IMG/VR virus record: IMGVR_UViG_3300003324_000427
Location: 1-63,066 of that record
Origin: a virus
Taxonomy: Duplodnaviria > Caudoviricetes
Direction: 5' to 3' (one strand)
Length of the DNA: 63,066 nucleotides
The position numbers and the translations under genes were made by a program. The notes beneath the pieces were generated by a model, which saw only the letters and a list, made by a program, of their open reading frames with translations, was not told where the DNA came from and searched no databases. Of this stretch, positions 54,565 to 63,066 are shown one piece after another. Numbering within the stretch: the first letter of the stretch is position 1; the number at the start of each line of letters is the position of its first letter.

Positions 54565-55770
54565 TTAGTGTTTGCCGCGTCGTTCTTCTTTACCCTTGTT
54601 CCAACCGTCTTCGTAACCGTTCTTTAGTTCTGCAGCAACTTCATCTTGTCTGCCCATTAGCGCATCATATTTACGAGTATGCGCTTTTTGATCGGCATAA
54701 CCCATATCAAAACCATTGCTGTAGGTTTCCTTAGAGTTGACATCTGGGTCTTCAAATTCAAAATCAAATTCCGTGTCAGAATCTTCGTCTTCTTCCTCTT
54801 CATCAGTTTCGTAGTCAGCAACACCCATGTAGTATCCATCAACGAAAGCTTCCTTGAAGTCTTCAGTCTTATCTTTGTACAAGAGAGATAGAAGGTTACT
54901 CATTCCCTTGGTTTCTTCAAGTACACAACCATTTTCAACGTGATTCTTAGCTAATTCATAACCAGCATCATAACCATCATCGTAACGTGCTGTTTCGTCG
55001 CTGTAAACTTTGTTTACTCCGCTATTACGATCACGATTTCTTGAGTAGAGGTTTTCGCCGTCAAGCTCACCTTCAAAGTCACCAAGGACTGTGTAAGCGC
55101 ATACTCTCATCTTCTTACCATCGTAGTCTGTTGGGACAGAGACTACGTTTTGTGGGTTTACTTCCACGTATATTAACTGATCACATGAAGAACCGTAGTG
55201 ATTCATGGAATAGTCAAGATTGGCAACGTGTAAACCAACCGAGCAAGTATTGTTTGGATTATCGTCAACTTCTTCTCTTGGCATTGAAACAACTTTGTTT
55301 TTTGAATTATCCATTAATCCAGTGCGCAAATCTCTGTAGTTACTTCCAACCTTCTTATACGCAATGAAGTTACCTTCTTCGGTTATTGGATGTCCATTGT
55401 GCTCTAAGAAACCAAACAAAGCATTACGTGCTCTGAATGATGGGTTCTTTGATAGGTTTACCCAAAACTTGATAATTGGTTCAAATGGAAGTTGTTGTTC
55501 CATGAAGCTGATTATCTTATTACTAATAACATCTGGAATAACCTTACCATTTATATACACTTGTCCGTCTTTGACTTCAAAGTTACCTTCGGACTTTTCT
55601 TTTAGCTTCTTTGAGAAGTTGATTAAGTCTGGCAACTTATCCCATTTCTTTTCTTTTAGGGCAGCAATTACGTCCTTGTAGGAATGATTAGCTGCTGAAA
55701 TAGTGTGGTTCTTACCGTTATAGATGAACGTCACACCTTTTTCCGAAATAGTAAATGGAATATAATTCAT
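54565..55770 (-). CDS. rIIB: RIIB-like protein
   Basis: FW.NL..NPS...LF.FL; IT..G.F.AYK; MPR..VDD.P..TCS.GLH; V.P..VVSVP.DY...K.RVC.Y.V; downstream of rIIA. Confidence 0.92.
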   Translation of the reverse strand: MNYIPFTISEKGVTFIYNGKNHTISAANHSYKDVIAALKEKKWDKLPDLINFSKKLKEKSEGNFEVKDGQVYINGKVIPDVISNKIISFMEQQLPFEPIIKFWVNLSKNPSFRARNALFGFLEHNGHPITEEGNFIAYKKVGSNYRDLRTGLMDNSKNKVVSMPREEVDDNPNNTCSVGLHVANLDYSMNHYGSSCDQLIYVEVNPQNVVSVPTDYDGKKMRVCAYTVLGDFEGELDGENLYSRNRDRNSGVNKVYSDETARYDDGYDAGYELAKNHVENGCVLEETKGMSNLLSLLYKDKTEDFKEAFVDGYYMGVADYETDEEEEDEDSDTEFDFEFEDPDVNSKETYSNGFDMGYADQKAHTRKYDALMGRQDEVAAELKNGYEDGWNKGKEERRGKH

Positions 55771-55801
55771 ATAAAAATGCCCTTTTTCTTATTCTACCTT
55801 G

Positions 55802-58087
55802 TTATTTTACTTTGTCAACCGTCTCAACGTATCTTATGATAGTTTTCTTCCTATCTGGCTTATCGCTATCCGAACACCAAGTATCAAGATACTTTATCAT
55901 TTCATAAGTTTTTTCCACATCATCAATGATAGCTTTTCTTTCCTTTGTTTGATATTTCTTGTAAAGAATATCATTACCAAGGAACATTTTATAGATTGGT
56001 ACTTTATCGGCATTTTCATCGGTGATGAAGAATGTTTCTAAGTAATTTCTCATCTTGCTGTTCTTGTTCTCAATGTCAGCAGCAGTTATCTTGAATTTTT
56101 CCATAACTGACTGAATTTTATGAATGTCAGATAGTTTACCTTCAATAACGCCACAGTAAGTATTTGCTAATACTCTATCAAATAGCTCTTTACCCTCAGC
56201 AGTTTTCATCATTTCGTCTAGCTTGTTGAATATACCAGCTTCTAATTTAGTCAATTTGCTATTGCCGACTACGCTGCTTAGTAGTCTTCTTGGAATAGCA
56301 TATAGCTTCTTACATCCCAAGAATTTTTTACAGGTATTGATGTAATGCCAATTATGAGTAGATGAATCTCGGTGACAGATTTGCTTATCAAATAGATAGA
56401 GATGTTGGCCTTCTAATTCAATATAATAACCGTCAAAGTCTTTCATAGCGACATTACGTTTTTGGATTGAACATTGATGCTCGTCAATCTCATAGATATT
56501 GAATTTTACGTTTCCATCTCTTGCGACAACTCGTTTAGCTGCTTTTTTCTTCTCTACCTTTGAAAGATAGATAGGTTCGTATGCTGAAATGTTGTGAGTC
56601 TTCAAATCAGAAAGAAATTCATCATGGGCGTCTTTCCACGATTCGTAGTCGGTGAAATTAGTCGTTATGACGAAGATATCTTCATCTGTCTTCTTATTAT
56701 CGAAGATTGTTCTCATTCTAGCGACGTTTGGTCTCTTTTCGTCTGGAACGTCGTTTACTACGAGAATTATATCATTCTTGATTTTTGATTTCTCGGCATT
56801 GTAGTTGTAATGATATGCGTCGTTTTCTTTCCGGAACATGGTATTGGCGACAGTTTGCGTAGTATAACCACATGCCTTAGAAGAATCTTCGGCTATTAGA
56901 ACTATCTTCATAGCTTCTGTACATGAAATGTGGGAATCTACAGTCTTACCCTTCCACTTTATTCCCTTAACAAGTGACAATACGATATTGTTGTAAGAAG
57001 CCAGCGCTTTCATTGCTAAAAGCATGTTAGGTTGCGATTCAACATCATCCCTAACATTTTTAGTCATTTCGTATAATGCGTTCTCAATTCTCTTTATGAT
57101 AGCGTTAGAAGTTTTCTGGTTATACTGCAGAGATTCGCGGCTGATAGAAACGTCAACCTGTCCAGTCTTGAAGTATAGGAAGCAATTGAATTTCTGAATG
57201 AATGTCTGAATATTACCTTGGTTGGCGTATTTCGCTTTCTCTGCTTCTTGTATAACAACTGCGCTATCCAATGGGTAGAACACGCCGTCGACTATTACTG
57301 AACAACCAGTAGCATTCGCACCTGGGGTTCTTCCGGTGCTGATGTCAATTGTTTTACCATTAGATTTTGCCGCTTCTTCAACGTCGCCGTCATATTCTGC
57401 TGTGGTGTTACGAAGAACCCAATGTCCGTGTTCGCTCTTAGTGATAATGGACTTATCTGATGGCCACTTTATATTGGCGTTGAGTCGGTGAATAACTGGA
57501 CGTACATCCCAATGGGCGCACGAATACACAATCCATTCACCGAACTTTGAAATATCTTTCAGCGCAATAGGAACGCTAACGAGGGTACCGTTCTCTTCTG
57601 TGGTTGGTTCTTCTGCTAATAGATTCATTTCACCGCATTGGGTTTCGTCAAGAGACATGCTGTAGTATCTCTTGGTGCCGTCAATGAATGTAACTACGCT
57701 GAATTGGTCAGTATATGACCAAGCAGACTTAGCGCCTAATCCGAACCCACCTGTTTGATCATTTGATTGTGTCTTAGTGGAAGAACCGAACTTACAGAAA
57801 ATGTTTTCCATTCTATCTGGACTTACACCTGGGCCGAAATCTCTGATTTCTAATGTCTGATCTTCAATTGTTGGGGCGTATACGTGGATAGGAACGTTGT
57901 CCTTCCCAACTTCTCTATGGGCATCTCTACCATTACACATGTACTCTTGGCAAATAACTCTAATCTTGTTGGAGTAAATGTTATTTCTGAGGAATCCGAT
58001 AATCATTGGAACATTACCAATGGAGAATTTTTCGCTTAGGAGAACTTCTGACTTATCGACTTCCTTACCACCAAATGCTACTTTCAT
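55802..58087 (-). CDS. rIIA: RIIA-like protein (N-terminal GHKL/HATPase domain)
   Basis: IYSNKI....E...N.RDAH; IRDFGPG; STK......GGFGLG.KS...YT..F; SRE.L.Y. Confidence 0.93.
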   Translation of the reverse strand: MKVAFGGKEVDKSEVLLSEKFSIGNVPMIIGFLRNNIYSNKIRVICQEYMCNGRDAHREVGKDNVPIHVYAPTIEDQTLEIRDFGPGVSPDRMENIFCKFGSSTKTQSNDQTGGFGLGAKSAWSYTDQFSVVTFIDGTKRYYSMSLDETQCGEMNLLAEEPTTEENGTLVSVPIALKDISKFGEWIVYSCAHWDVRPVIHRLNANIKWPSDKSIITKSEHGHWVLRNTTAEYDGDVEEAAKSNGKTIDISTGRTPGANATGCSVIVDGVFYPLDSAVVIQEAEKAKYANQGNIQTFIQKFNCFLYFKTGQVDVSISRESLQYNQKTSNAIIKRIENALYEMTKNVRDDVESQPNMLLAMKALASYNNIVLSLVKGIKWKGKTVDSHISCTEAMKIVLIAEDSSKACGYTTQTVANTMFRKENDAYHYNYNAEKSKIKNDIILVVNDVPDEKRPNVARMRTIFDNKKTDEDIFVITTNFTDYESWKDAHDEFLSDLKTHNISAYEPIYLSKVEKKKAAKRVVARDGNVKFNIYEIDEHQCSIQKRNVAMKDFDGYYIELEGQHLYLFDKQICHRDSSTHNWHYINTCKKFLGCKKLYAIPRRLLSSVVGNSKLTKLEAGIFNKLDEMMKTAEGKELFDRVLANTYCGVIEGKLSDIHKIQSVMEKFKITAADIENKNSKMRNYLETFFITDENADKVPIYKMFLGNDILYKKYQTKERKAIIDDVEKTYEMIKYLDTWCSDSDKPDRKKTIIRYVETVDKVK

Positions 58088-58111
58088 TGAGAGCCTTTCG
58101 TATTGCGCAGG

Positions 58112-58138
58112 ATTCTACAGATTATTTTGAATTGTCAA
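58112..58138 (-). promoter_or_regulatory. sigma70-type promoter for rIIA
   Basis: TTGACA-N15-TAGAAT upstream of GAAAGG SD. Confidence 0.65.
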
Positions 58139-58658
58139 TGTTTTTCTTTGAATCGTAATAAGTTGTTACTTTATCAAATATAGCATGAATAGACTCTGGA
58201 GAATCATACACGTCCATTTGAATTGGATTACCAGCGTCAATTACTTTTATGATGTTCAGTTCTTTTTCTGTTATCATGTGTGACTGAATACTACAATGAA
58301 CTATTCTTTTAGCTCCAACGTTTTTTATCTTACCGAAACAATCTGGACAAGGCATTCCAGTTACATAAAACGTTGAATTCTTAAGACTTACACCAACTCT
58401 AGCGGCATTACTTATGGCATTATCTTCGGCGTGCCTAAAGTATGGATACTTTTCTGGCCTGGTCAATGGAATGTCTTTATCGCAACATCCTCTTGGTGGA
58501 CTGTTATAACCAACTGACAGGATAGTCTTATCGTCATCTACGACTATACACCCATGTTTAGTGGATGGGTCTAAAGAACGTTGTGCTGTCATCAAGCAGA
58601 GCGATAGGAAATAATAATCCCATTTGGGCCTACCAAAGTCATCAAACGGGGTTGTCAT
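58122..58658 (-). CDS. dCMP deaminase
   Basis: RP.WD.YF; RS.DP.TK.GC; GYN; HAE.NAI; PC..C. Confidence 0.93.
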   Translation of the reverse strand: MTTPFDDFGRPKWDYYFLSLCLMTAQRSLDPSTKHGCIVVDDDKTILSVGYNSPPRGCCDKDIPLTRPEKYPYFRHAEDNAISNAARVGVSLKNSTFYVTGMPCPDCFGKIKNVGAKRIVHCSIQSHMITEKELNIIKVIDAGNPIQMDVYDSPESIHAIFDKVTTYYDSKKNIDNSK

Positions 58659-58848
58659 TATTCTTTTCCGATTCTTCCTGTAATTCTTTTTCTTGGCGAA
58701 TCCACTCTTTAATTCTAATGATAGCTATATGTTGGCTTAATTCAACAAACTCATAAAGAACTTCCGGATTTCCGGTTTTCATTATACATGTTCTAACACC
58801 ATTGAGGAATGGATTAAAAGAAACCTCGTATGTCTTCTGCTCAGCCAT
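58642..58848 (-). CDS. hypothetical protein (68 aa)
   Basis: ORF overlapping neighbours in operon. Confidence 0.65.
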   Translation of the reverse strand: MAEQKTYEVSFNPFLNGVRTCIMKTGNPEVLYEFVELSQHIAIIRIKEWIRQEKELQEESEKNNDNPV

Positions 58849-59188
58849 TGTCTTTTTTGTTTTTAGCTATCTTAGTAGCTGTATCTTCCCATTTGCTTAG
58901 TTTCTCAGACATCTTGTTGAGGTATTCGTCGTAACTGAATCCTTCTGCGGTCAAGATGCTCTTGAGTATGATTACGCAATCGCACGCCTCTTCAAGAAGG
59001 TTTTCCCTTACGTCCTTGTCCGTTTTGTTACCTTTACCTTTTAGGTTTCTGCTTTGTAGAAATCCAGCAGCAAATTCGCCGGCTTCTTCCATGAGCTTTA
59101 CTACTTTTTCGGTTTGGGTTTTTACTTCTTTGTTTTTAGTTACTTGAGCAATCTTTTCAAATAACTCTCTACCTTTGAGCTTATCCAT
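58841..59188 (-). CDS. MazG-like NTP pyrophosphohydrolase
   Basis: KLMEEAGE.A...EE.CD ExxE/ExxD motif; KL.KW. Confidence 0.85.
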   Translation of the reverse strand: MDKLKGRELFEKIAQVTKNKEVKTQTEKVVKLMEEAGEFAAGFLQSRNLKGKGNKTDKDVRENLLEEACDCVIILKSILTAEGFSYDEYLNKMSEKLSKWEDTATKIAKNKKDNG

Positions 59189-59601
59189 TAGCGGTTCACT
59201 TCGTAGTAGTTGATCACATCAAATGACCATTGATTGTAGTCTTCCATGGTTTTGAATGTCGCGTAGAGGTTATGTGTTTTAGCAATCTTTGCCCACGCAA
59301 CGTCATCGGAAACATCTTTTTCTTTCTTGTAGTTCATCCATTCTAAAATGAGTTTGTTTCTGGTACCAAGAACGTTTTGAATCTCTGATTCTGACATTGA
59401 CTTGGTTCGCTCAAATAGATTCTTACCAATTTCTTTTAGTCTATCTTCTGTTCCGTTTATTGGTTTATAATTTGCTGTCTTATTCTTCGTTTTTATGAGA
59501 TGTACAAGGGCATCTGCTTTCGTTTTATCGGGGGTGAGCATTACTGGCTTACTCTCACAGTAAACAAGATAATGGCAATCAATCTTACGGGCTTTAGTCA
59601 T
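59188..59601 (-). CDS. hypothetical protein (137 aa)
   Basis: GAAAGGT SD; promoter TTGACT-N16-TATCAT (59648-59621). Confidence 0.75.
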   Translation of the reverse strand: MTKARKIDCHYLVYCESKPVMLTPDKTKADALVHLIKTKNKTANYKPINGTEDRLKEIGKNLFERTKSMSESEIQNVLGTRNKLILEWMNYKKEKDVSDDVAWAKIAKTHNLYATFKTMEDYNQWSFDVINYYEVNR

Positions 59602-59644
59602 AATAAACCTTTCGTCACTTATGATAACAAACTATTCTGTAAAG

Positions 59645-59905
59645 TCAATCGTCAGTACGCTTAAGCTTCAAGCGGACAACCTTATATGATATATCGACTT
59701 CAACTTCCTTAACGTCTTTCAAATTCTCACGAACCGCGTGGCCAAACTTTTCCGCCGCTTCGTTTCTGTCATCCCCGCTATCATCGAAGAAGTAAGTATC
59801 AGTACCACCACACCTTTTTAGGTATTCAACAATTCCAATGCTACTAACATTTTTCTTGTTTTTATTTGGTTGAGTGAAGATGTCAGCGGCGAGATTTCTA
59901 GGCAT
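59645..59905 (-). CDS. hypothetical protein (86 aa)
   Basis: AGGAG SD; GATAAATA upstream. Confidence 0.7.
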   Translation of the reverse strand: MPRNLAADIFTQPNKNKKNVSSIGIVEYLKRCGGTDTYFFDDSGDDRNEAAEKFGHAVRENLKDVKEVEVDISYKVVRLKLKRTDD

Positions 59906-59925
59906 AGGTAGCTCCTTTTATGTAT

Positions 59926-60447
59926 TTATCTTTTTTTCATTGGCTTTTTAGTCTTAAACACCCTAAGTGGTACTTCAAAGGGTATATAAATTTCACCATT
60001 CCCGCCCATTGCTTTGTGGTATGAACGCCACTCTGCGTCATGGAAGGAATTACCAATGTAGTAAAACTGAAGTAAGTGCGCAAACTCATGCGCTACTGTG
60101 TCATATACATCCGCAGCAGGGATGTACTGCATTATTCTTGGCGATATAGACATTACATAGTAATGTTTTACCGGCTCCACTAAACAAGGATAGAGCATAT
60201 CTTTTGATAACTCTATGTTCTTTTTGTAGTATTCTCTTTTAGGTTTGTCTTTTGCTTTCGTTGGATGAACCATCCAGGCGAATGCCCATGTTATACGTAA
60301 TTTATCATTACAATGAATGATGATCTTTTTAGCTAACTCTTTAGCCGTCTTCTTTACGTGCTTCGGTAGATTGGGGTCCTCACTTAACTTCTTAGCTGCT
60401 CTAATAAGCATTTTTCGCAGCAAAGGTTGGGTGATATTCCACATCAT
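59926..60447 (-). CDS. SprT-like zinc metalloprotease
   Basis: DTVAHEFAH HEXXH followed by H...W......MGG. Confidence 0.78.
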   Translation of the reverse strand: MMWNITQPLLRKMLIRAAKKLSEDPNLPKHVKKTAKELAKKIIIHCNDKLRITWAFAWMVHPTKAKDKPKREYYKKNIELSKDMLYPCLVEPVKHYYVMSISPRIMQYIPAADVYDTVAHEFAHLLQFYYIGNSFHDAEWRSYHKAMGGNGEIYIPFEVPLRVFKTKKPMKKR

Positions 60448-60806
60448 AACTTGTTTTTTTCTATATCCTTGACTATTTTAAGCTTGTCTTGTAGGGAGCA
60501 TCTTACCTTCTCATTCTCCAATTTCAAGCGTTCTTTTTCCGCTAAGTAATGATCTATCAATGGTAAAGATATAAATGAAACGTTATACTCACCTGACGCC
60601 ATTTCGTGAATTGAGAGCCCATCCCTATCGTGTAAGGTGTCTTTCTTACCGTCTTTATACTCTTTTATGTATAATTGACCAACATTAGCATTTGTCGCAA
60701 CAAGTGTTTCACTTGGCTTCAATTCGTCTTCGCAGATTGGTAGTTCCAATTCCCTACCGCTTGAGGTTAGTACGACTTTCCTTTGTCTAGGTAATTCACT
60801 TCGCAT
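60444..60806 (-). CDS. hypothetical protein (120 aa)
   Basis: GGAG SD; ATGA overlap with the SprT-like gene. Confidence 0.65.
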   Translation of the reverse strand: MRSELPRQRKVVLTSSGRELELPICEDELKPSETLVATNANVGQLYIKEYKDGKKDTLHDRDGLSIHEMASGEYNVSFISLPLIDHYLAEKERLKLENEKVRCSLQDKLKIVKDIEKNKL

Positions 60807-61057
60807 ACGTCTCCGTTTTCTACAATCTTAGTATCTTCATATGGACCTATAAGTCTTCTATAGAATTCCAACTTACAGTTTTCAAGAGAGCTAACAACAT
60901 CACTAACGTTTTGATAGTTGAGCCCTTTTTTCTTGACATATAGTTGAGCTATTTTGGTGAACACGTAGTTCATATCACCGCCGCACTCAACTTTGCTTGC
61001 TATGTCTTCAATAGCAGCATCGTACTGTGGTCTTTTTTCTGGCTTTATGTAAGGCAT
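60767..61057 (-). CDS. conserved phage protein (DUF6899-like)
   Basis: MPYI...R...G..NY..T...Y...LE..KLE.YRR...PYED.K...NGDV. Confidence 0.8.
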   Translation of the reverse strand: MPYIKPEKRPQYDAAIEDIASKVECGGDMNYVFTKIAQLYVKKKGLNYQNVSDVVSSLENCKLEFYRRLIGPYEDTKIVENGDVCEVNYLDKGKSY

Positions 61058-61058
61058 T

Positions 61059-61238
61059 TTATCCTTCTTTCTTTTCTTCCGTTACTTCAACTTCTTCAAG
61101 TGAAACTTCTACGCCTTCTGTACCGTCGATACATGGCTTTATATTCACAACCTTTTTACCGAGTTTCTTTTCTACAAACTTGGTAAGCATCTTGTTTATT
61201 TCTTCTTGAGTAAGTGTAACTGTTTGACGTAATCTCAT
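61059..61238 (-). CDS. hypothetical protein (59 aa, not in ORF track)
   Basis: manually translated MRLRQTVTLTQEEINKML...TEEKKEG*; AAGGA SD; fills the gap between neighbours. Confidence 0.7.
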   Translation of the reverse strand: MRLRQTVTLTQEEINKMLTKFVEKKLGKKVVNIKPCIDGTEGVEVSLEEVEVTEEKKEG

Positions 61239-61248
61239 ATTGTGTTCC

Positions 61249-61770
61249 TTATAGTGTCCAATAACTGCTATCTATTTTACCATCATCTATCTCTTTCAGA
61301 TAGTCAAATAAGTCATCCCATTTTGTGAAGATGCAGTTTTCTTTGACTAAGGTAAGTGCCCATGGATTGAAATGTTCAATTTTTGACTCATCAAACCACA
61401 TTAGTATTGGCTTCTTTTGATGACTAGCTTCCACCATTTCGTGAATGGTGCCAAACATATGGACGGTTGGGTCATAAACGACAATAATGAAATCACTCTT
61501 ATCTACAGCACGTAAGTCTTTTCTTACTATATTCCAGAATATTTTCTTTACTTCAAGGAACTTTTTTTCTTTGATAAGTTCCACAAGAGCTTTCTTGTCA
61601 TCTTTGACTTCACCGAATCCACCAACAGTCTTCTTACAAGGGTCCTCTACTACTAATCCAAAATCATTGATAAGTCTTGGGGTAATAGAGTCACGCCAGC
61701 CAATTCCGTCATCATTACATGCGTGAATTGGCCCAGCAAGATAAACTTGTTTGTTAGATAAGTATTTCAT
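61249..61770 (-). CDS. nucleoside 2-deoxyribosyltransferase-like protein
   Basis: VYLAGPI; D...V.KSD.II; GT..E...A....KP. Confidence 0.85.
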   Translation of the reverse strand: MKYLSNKQVYLAGPIHACNDDGIGWRDSITPRLINDFGLVVEDPCKKTVGGFGEVKDDKKALVELIKEKKFLEVKKIFWNIVRKDLRAVDKSDFIIVVYDPTVHMFGTIHEMVEASHQKKPILMWFDESKIEHFNPWALTLVKENCIFTKWDDLFDYLKEIDDGKIDSSYWTL

Positions 61771-62015
61771 TATTGAAGTACGCTACCGTATCTCTCAAGT
61801 AATGACAAGTCGAACACTTCTTCTACGTTATCATATTGCGGAACTTCCGCTTCATAGATGTAAGTATTTGGGTATTTACCACCATTGCTACGAATGAGAT
61901 TCTTTATGACTTCAAATTCCTTTTCTGCAGACTCCTTGGTTTCGTGACCATCCCATTTCATGTGATGCTCTTTGCCAGTCTGATCTTCTATAGCTATCCA
62001 TACGTAAGATTTCAT
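61770..62015 (-). CDS. hypothetical protein
   Basis: probable start MKSYV at 62015 with AAGGAG SD. Confidence 0.65.
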   Translation of the reverse strand: MKSYVWIAIEDQTGKEHHMKWDGHETKESAEKEFEVIKNLIRSNGGKYPNTYIYEAEVPQYDNVEEVFDLSLLERYGSVLQ

Positions 62016-62031
62016 ATAATCTCCTTGTTTA

Positions 62032-63066
62032 TTATTGTACGTCACCAATTGATGTCAGCAAGTTCTGATCAGCAAGTGATTTGGCTTCATTTAGTCGTTT
62101 TGTGTAAATTCTCTCAAATGATTGGTATAACTCAAACCCGACATAGTTTCTATCGTGCTCAAGTGCAACAACGCCAGTAGTACCGGAACCGTTGAATGGG
62201 TCCATGATTAAGTCCCCCGGTTTACTACCAGCTAGAACGCATGGTATTACTAATCCTTTTGGGTAAGTAGCAACGTGTTCATTATCTGGCCCAATTTCTC
62301 CGCCGGAAGTATTCACATCCCATACAGAGCGTTTATTACGGAACCCGTCAGGTGTCCAAGACTTGTCTTGGATTTCTTTGTTTTTCTTGTTCTCTTCTTC
62401 TATGAGAACGTCGTCTTTTATCTTGATTTCGCCGTCTGAAAAATCCATGAATGAAACGTCTTTAGTTTTCTTACGTTTCTTCTTTAGTTTCTCCACATTT
62501 GAGGAATCTGCTTGCTCTCTAATAGCTTCGTGGTCAAAGTAATATTCTTCATTCTTAGATAGAAGGAATATGTGCTCATGCGATTTAGTACATCTGTCGG
62601 TACATGATTCCGGCATTGGGTTTGGTTTTGACCAAATGATTTCTTGTCTCAAATACCATCCACGTTTACGCATAGCGAACGCAAACATCCAAGGGATACC
62701 AGTCATGTCTTTTCTCTTCAAATCACCAGTTAGTTTTCTTCCCGGTTGAGCTACATTTTGCCTACCTGGACGTTCAGCTTGGAAGTCAGCAGAACCGAAC
62801 TTCTTTACGCCTTCCGATACGTCCCCGGCATAGGTATCGCCAAGGTTTACCCACATGGTACCGTCATCAGCAAGTTTTGGTTTTATCTCATCAAATACTT
62901 TACAGAGATTTTCTATGAATTCCTCTGGTGTCGGCTCAGTTCCTAATTCATCGTCGCTGTCCCCGTATCTTCTAAGACGAAAATACGGAGGGGAGGTTAC
63001 GACAACTTTAACACTTCCGTCTTTAAGAAGTTTTATGTTATCTACATTTTTACCTAAATGAACTTT
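62032..63066 (-). CDS. DNA N4-cytosine/N6-adenine methyltransferase, 5'-truncated by window edge
   Basis: frame stays open to 63066 and encodes VTSPPY upstream of the track ORF; W.N.GD, IIW.KPN, H.A.YP, DPFNGSGTT. Confidence 0.92.
   Translation of the reverse strand, partial: KVHLGKNVDNIKLLKDGSVKVVVTSPPYFRLRRYGDSDDELGTEPTPEEFIENLCKVFDEIKPKLADDGTMWVNLGDTYAGDVSEGVKKFGSADFQAERPGRQNVAQPGRKLTGDLKRKDMTGIPWMFAFAMRKRGWYLRQEIIWSKPNPMPESCTDRCTKSHEHIFLLSKNEEYYFDHEAIREQADSSNVEKLKKKRKKTKDVSFMDFSDGEIKIKDDVLIEEENKKNKEIQDKSWTPDGFRNKRSVWDVNTSGGEIGPDNEHVATYPKGLVIPCVLAGSKPGDLIMDPFNGSGTTGVVALEHDRNYVGFELYQSFERIYTKRLNEAKSLADQNLLTSIGDVQ

Noticed and set aside
1-63066. Alternative genetic code (stop-codon recoding) as in some jumbo phages
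   Set aside because: Genes are full length and tile densely in the standard code, including a 3292-codon ORF
1-63066. tRNA, rRNA or CRISPR arrays
   Set aside because: Intergenic gaps are short and no cloverleaf/T-loop or regularly spaced direct repeats were recognised; tRNAscan-SE/Infernal were not run

Overview
AT-rich, densely coded fragment of a large T4-like tailed-phage (myovirus, probably jumbo-sized) genome in the standard genetic code. The host cannot be determined from this window. The + strand (1-36398) carries a Cas4/RecB-like nuclease, a stand-alone small basic protein, a three-domain glycosyltransferase, an HNH nuclease and a NodZ-like fucosyltransferase. These are followed by a greatly enlarged baseplate/tail-appendage module: gp5-, gp25-, gp6- and gp7-like proteins, a DUF2341-like protein, a 3292-aa giant and its short paralog. 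The - strand (36395-63066) carries early/auxiliary genes: ClpP, a dNMP kinase, a PNK-like kinase, a MoxR AAA+/vWA-metallopeptidase pair split by a methyltransferase plus nuclease-like gene, apparently degenerate tRNA-metabolism enzymes (CCA-like, Pth2-like), an S4-domain protein, a radical SAM enzyme, a cREC domain, a metallophosphoesterase, a Pol-beta nucleotidyltransferase, rIIA/rIIB, dCMP deaminase, MazG, SprT, a nucleoside deoxyribosyltransferase and a second methyltransferase cut by the window edge. Most notable: (1) a candidate virion-glycosylation system; (2) one small beta module repeated at least 7 times across at least 4 virion proteins, including inside gp6; (3) a Kelch-like propeller split by a ~2,100-aa insertion; (4) a cluster of catalytically eroded tRNA/RNA-repair enzyme homologs; (5) a recurring promoter-inside-a-hairpin architecture that occludes ribosome-binding sites, plus unusually short (15-16 nt) promoter spacers. 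No tRNA, rRNA or CRISPR array was recognised. All family assignments are by-eye motif recognition, not database searches.
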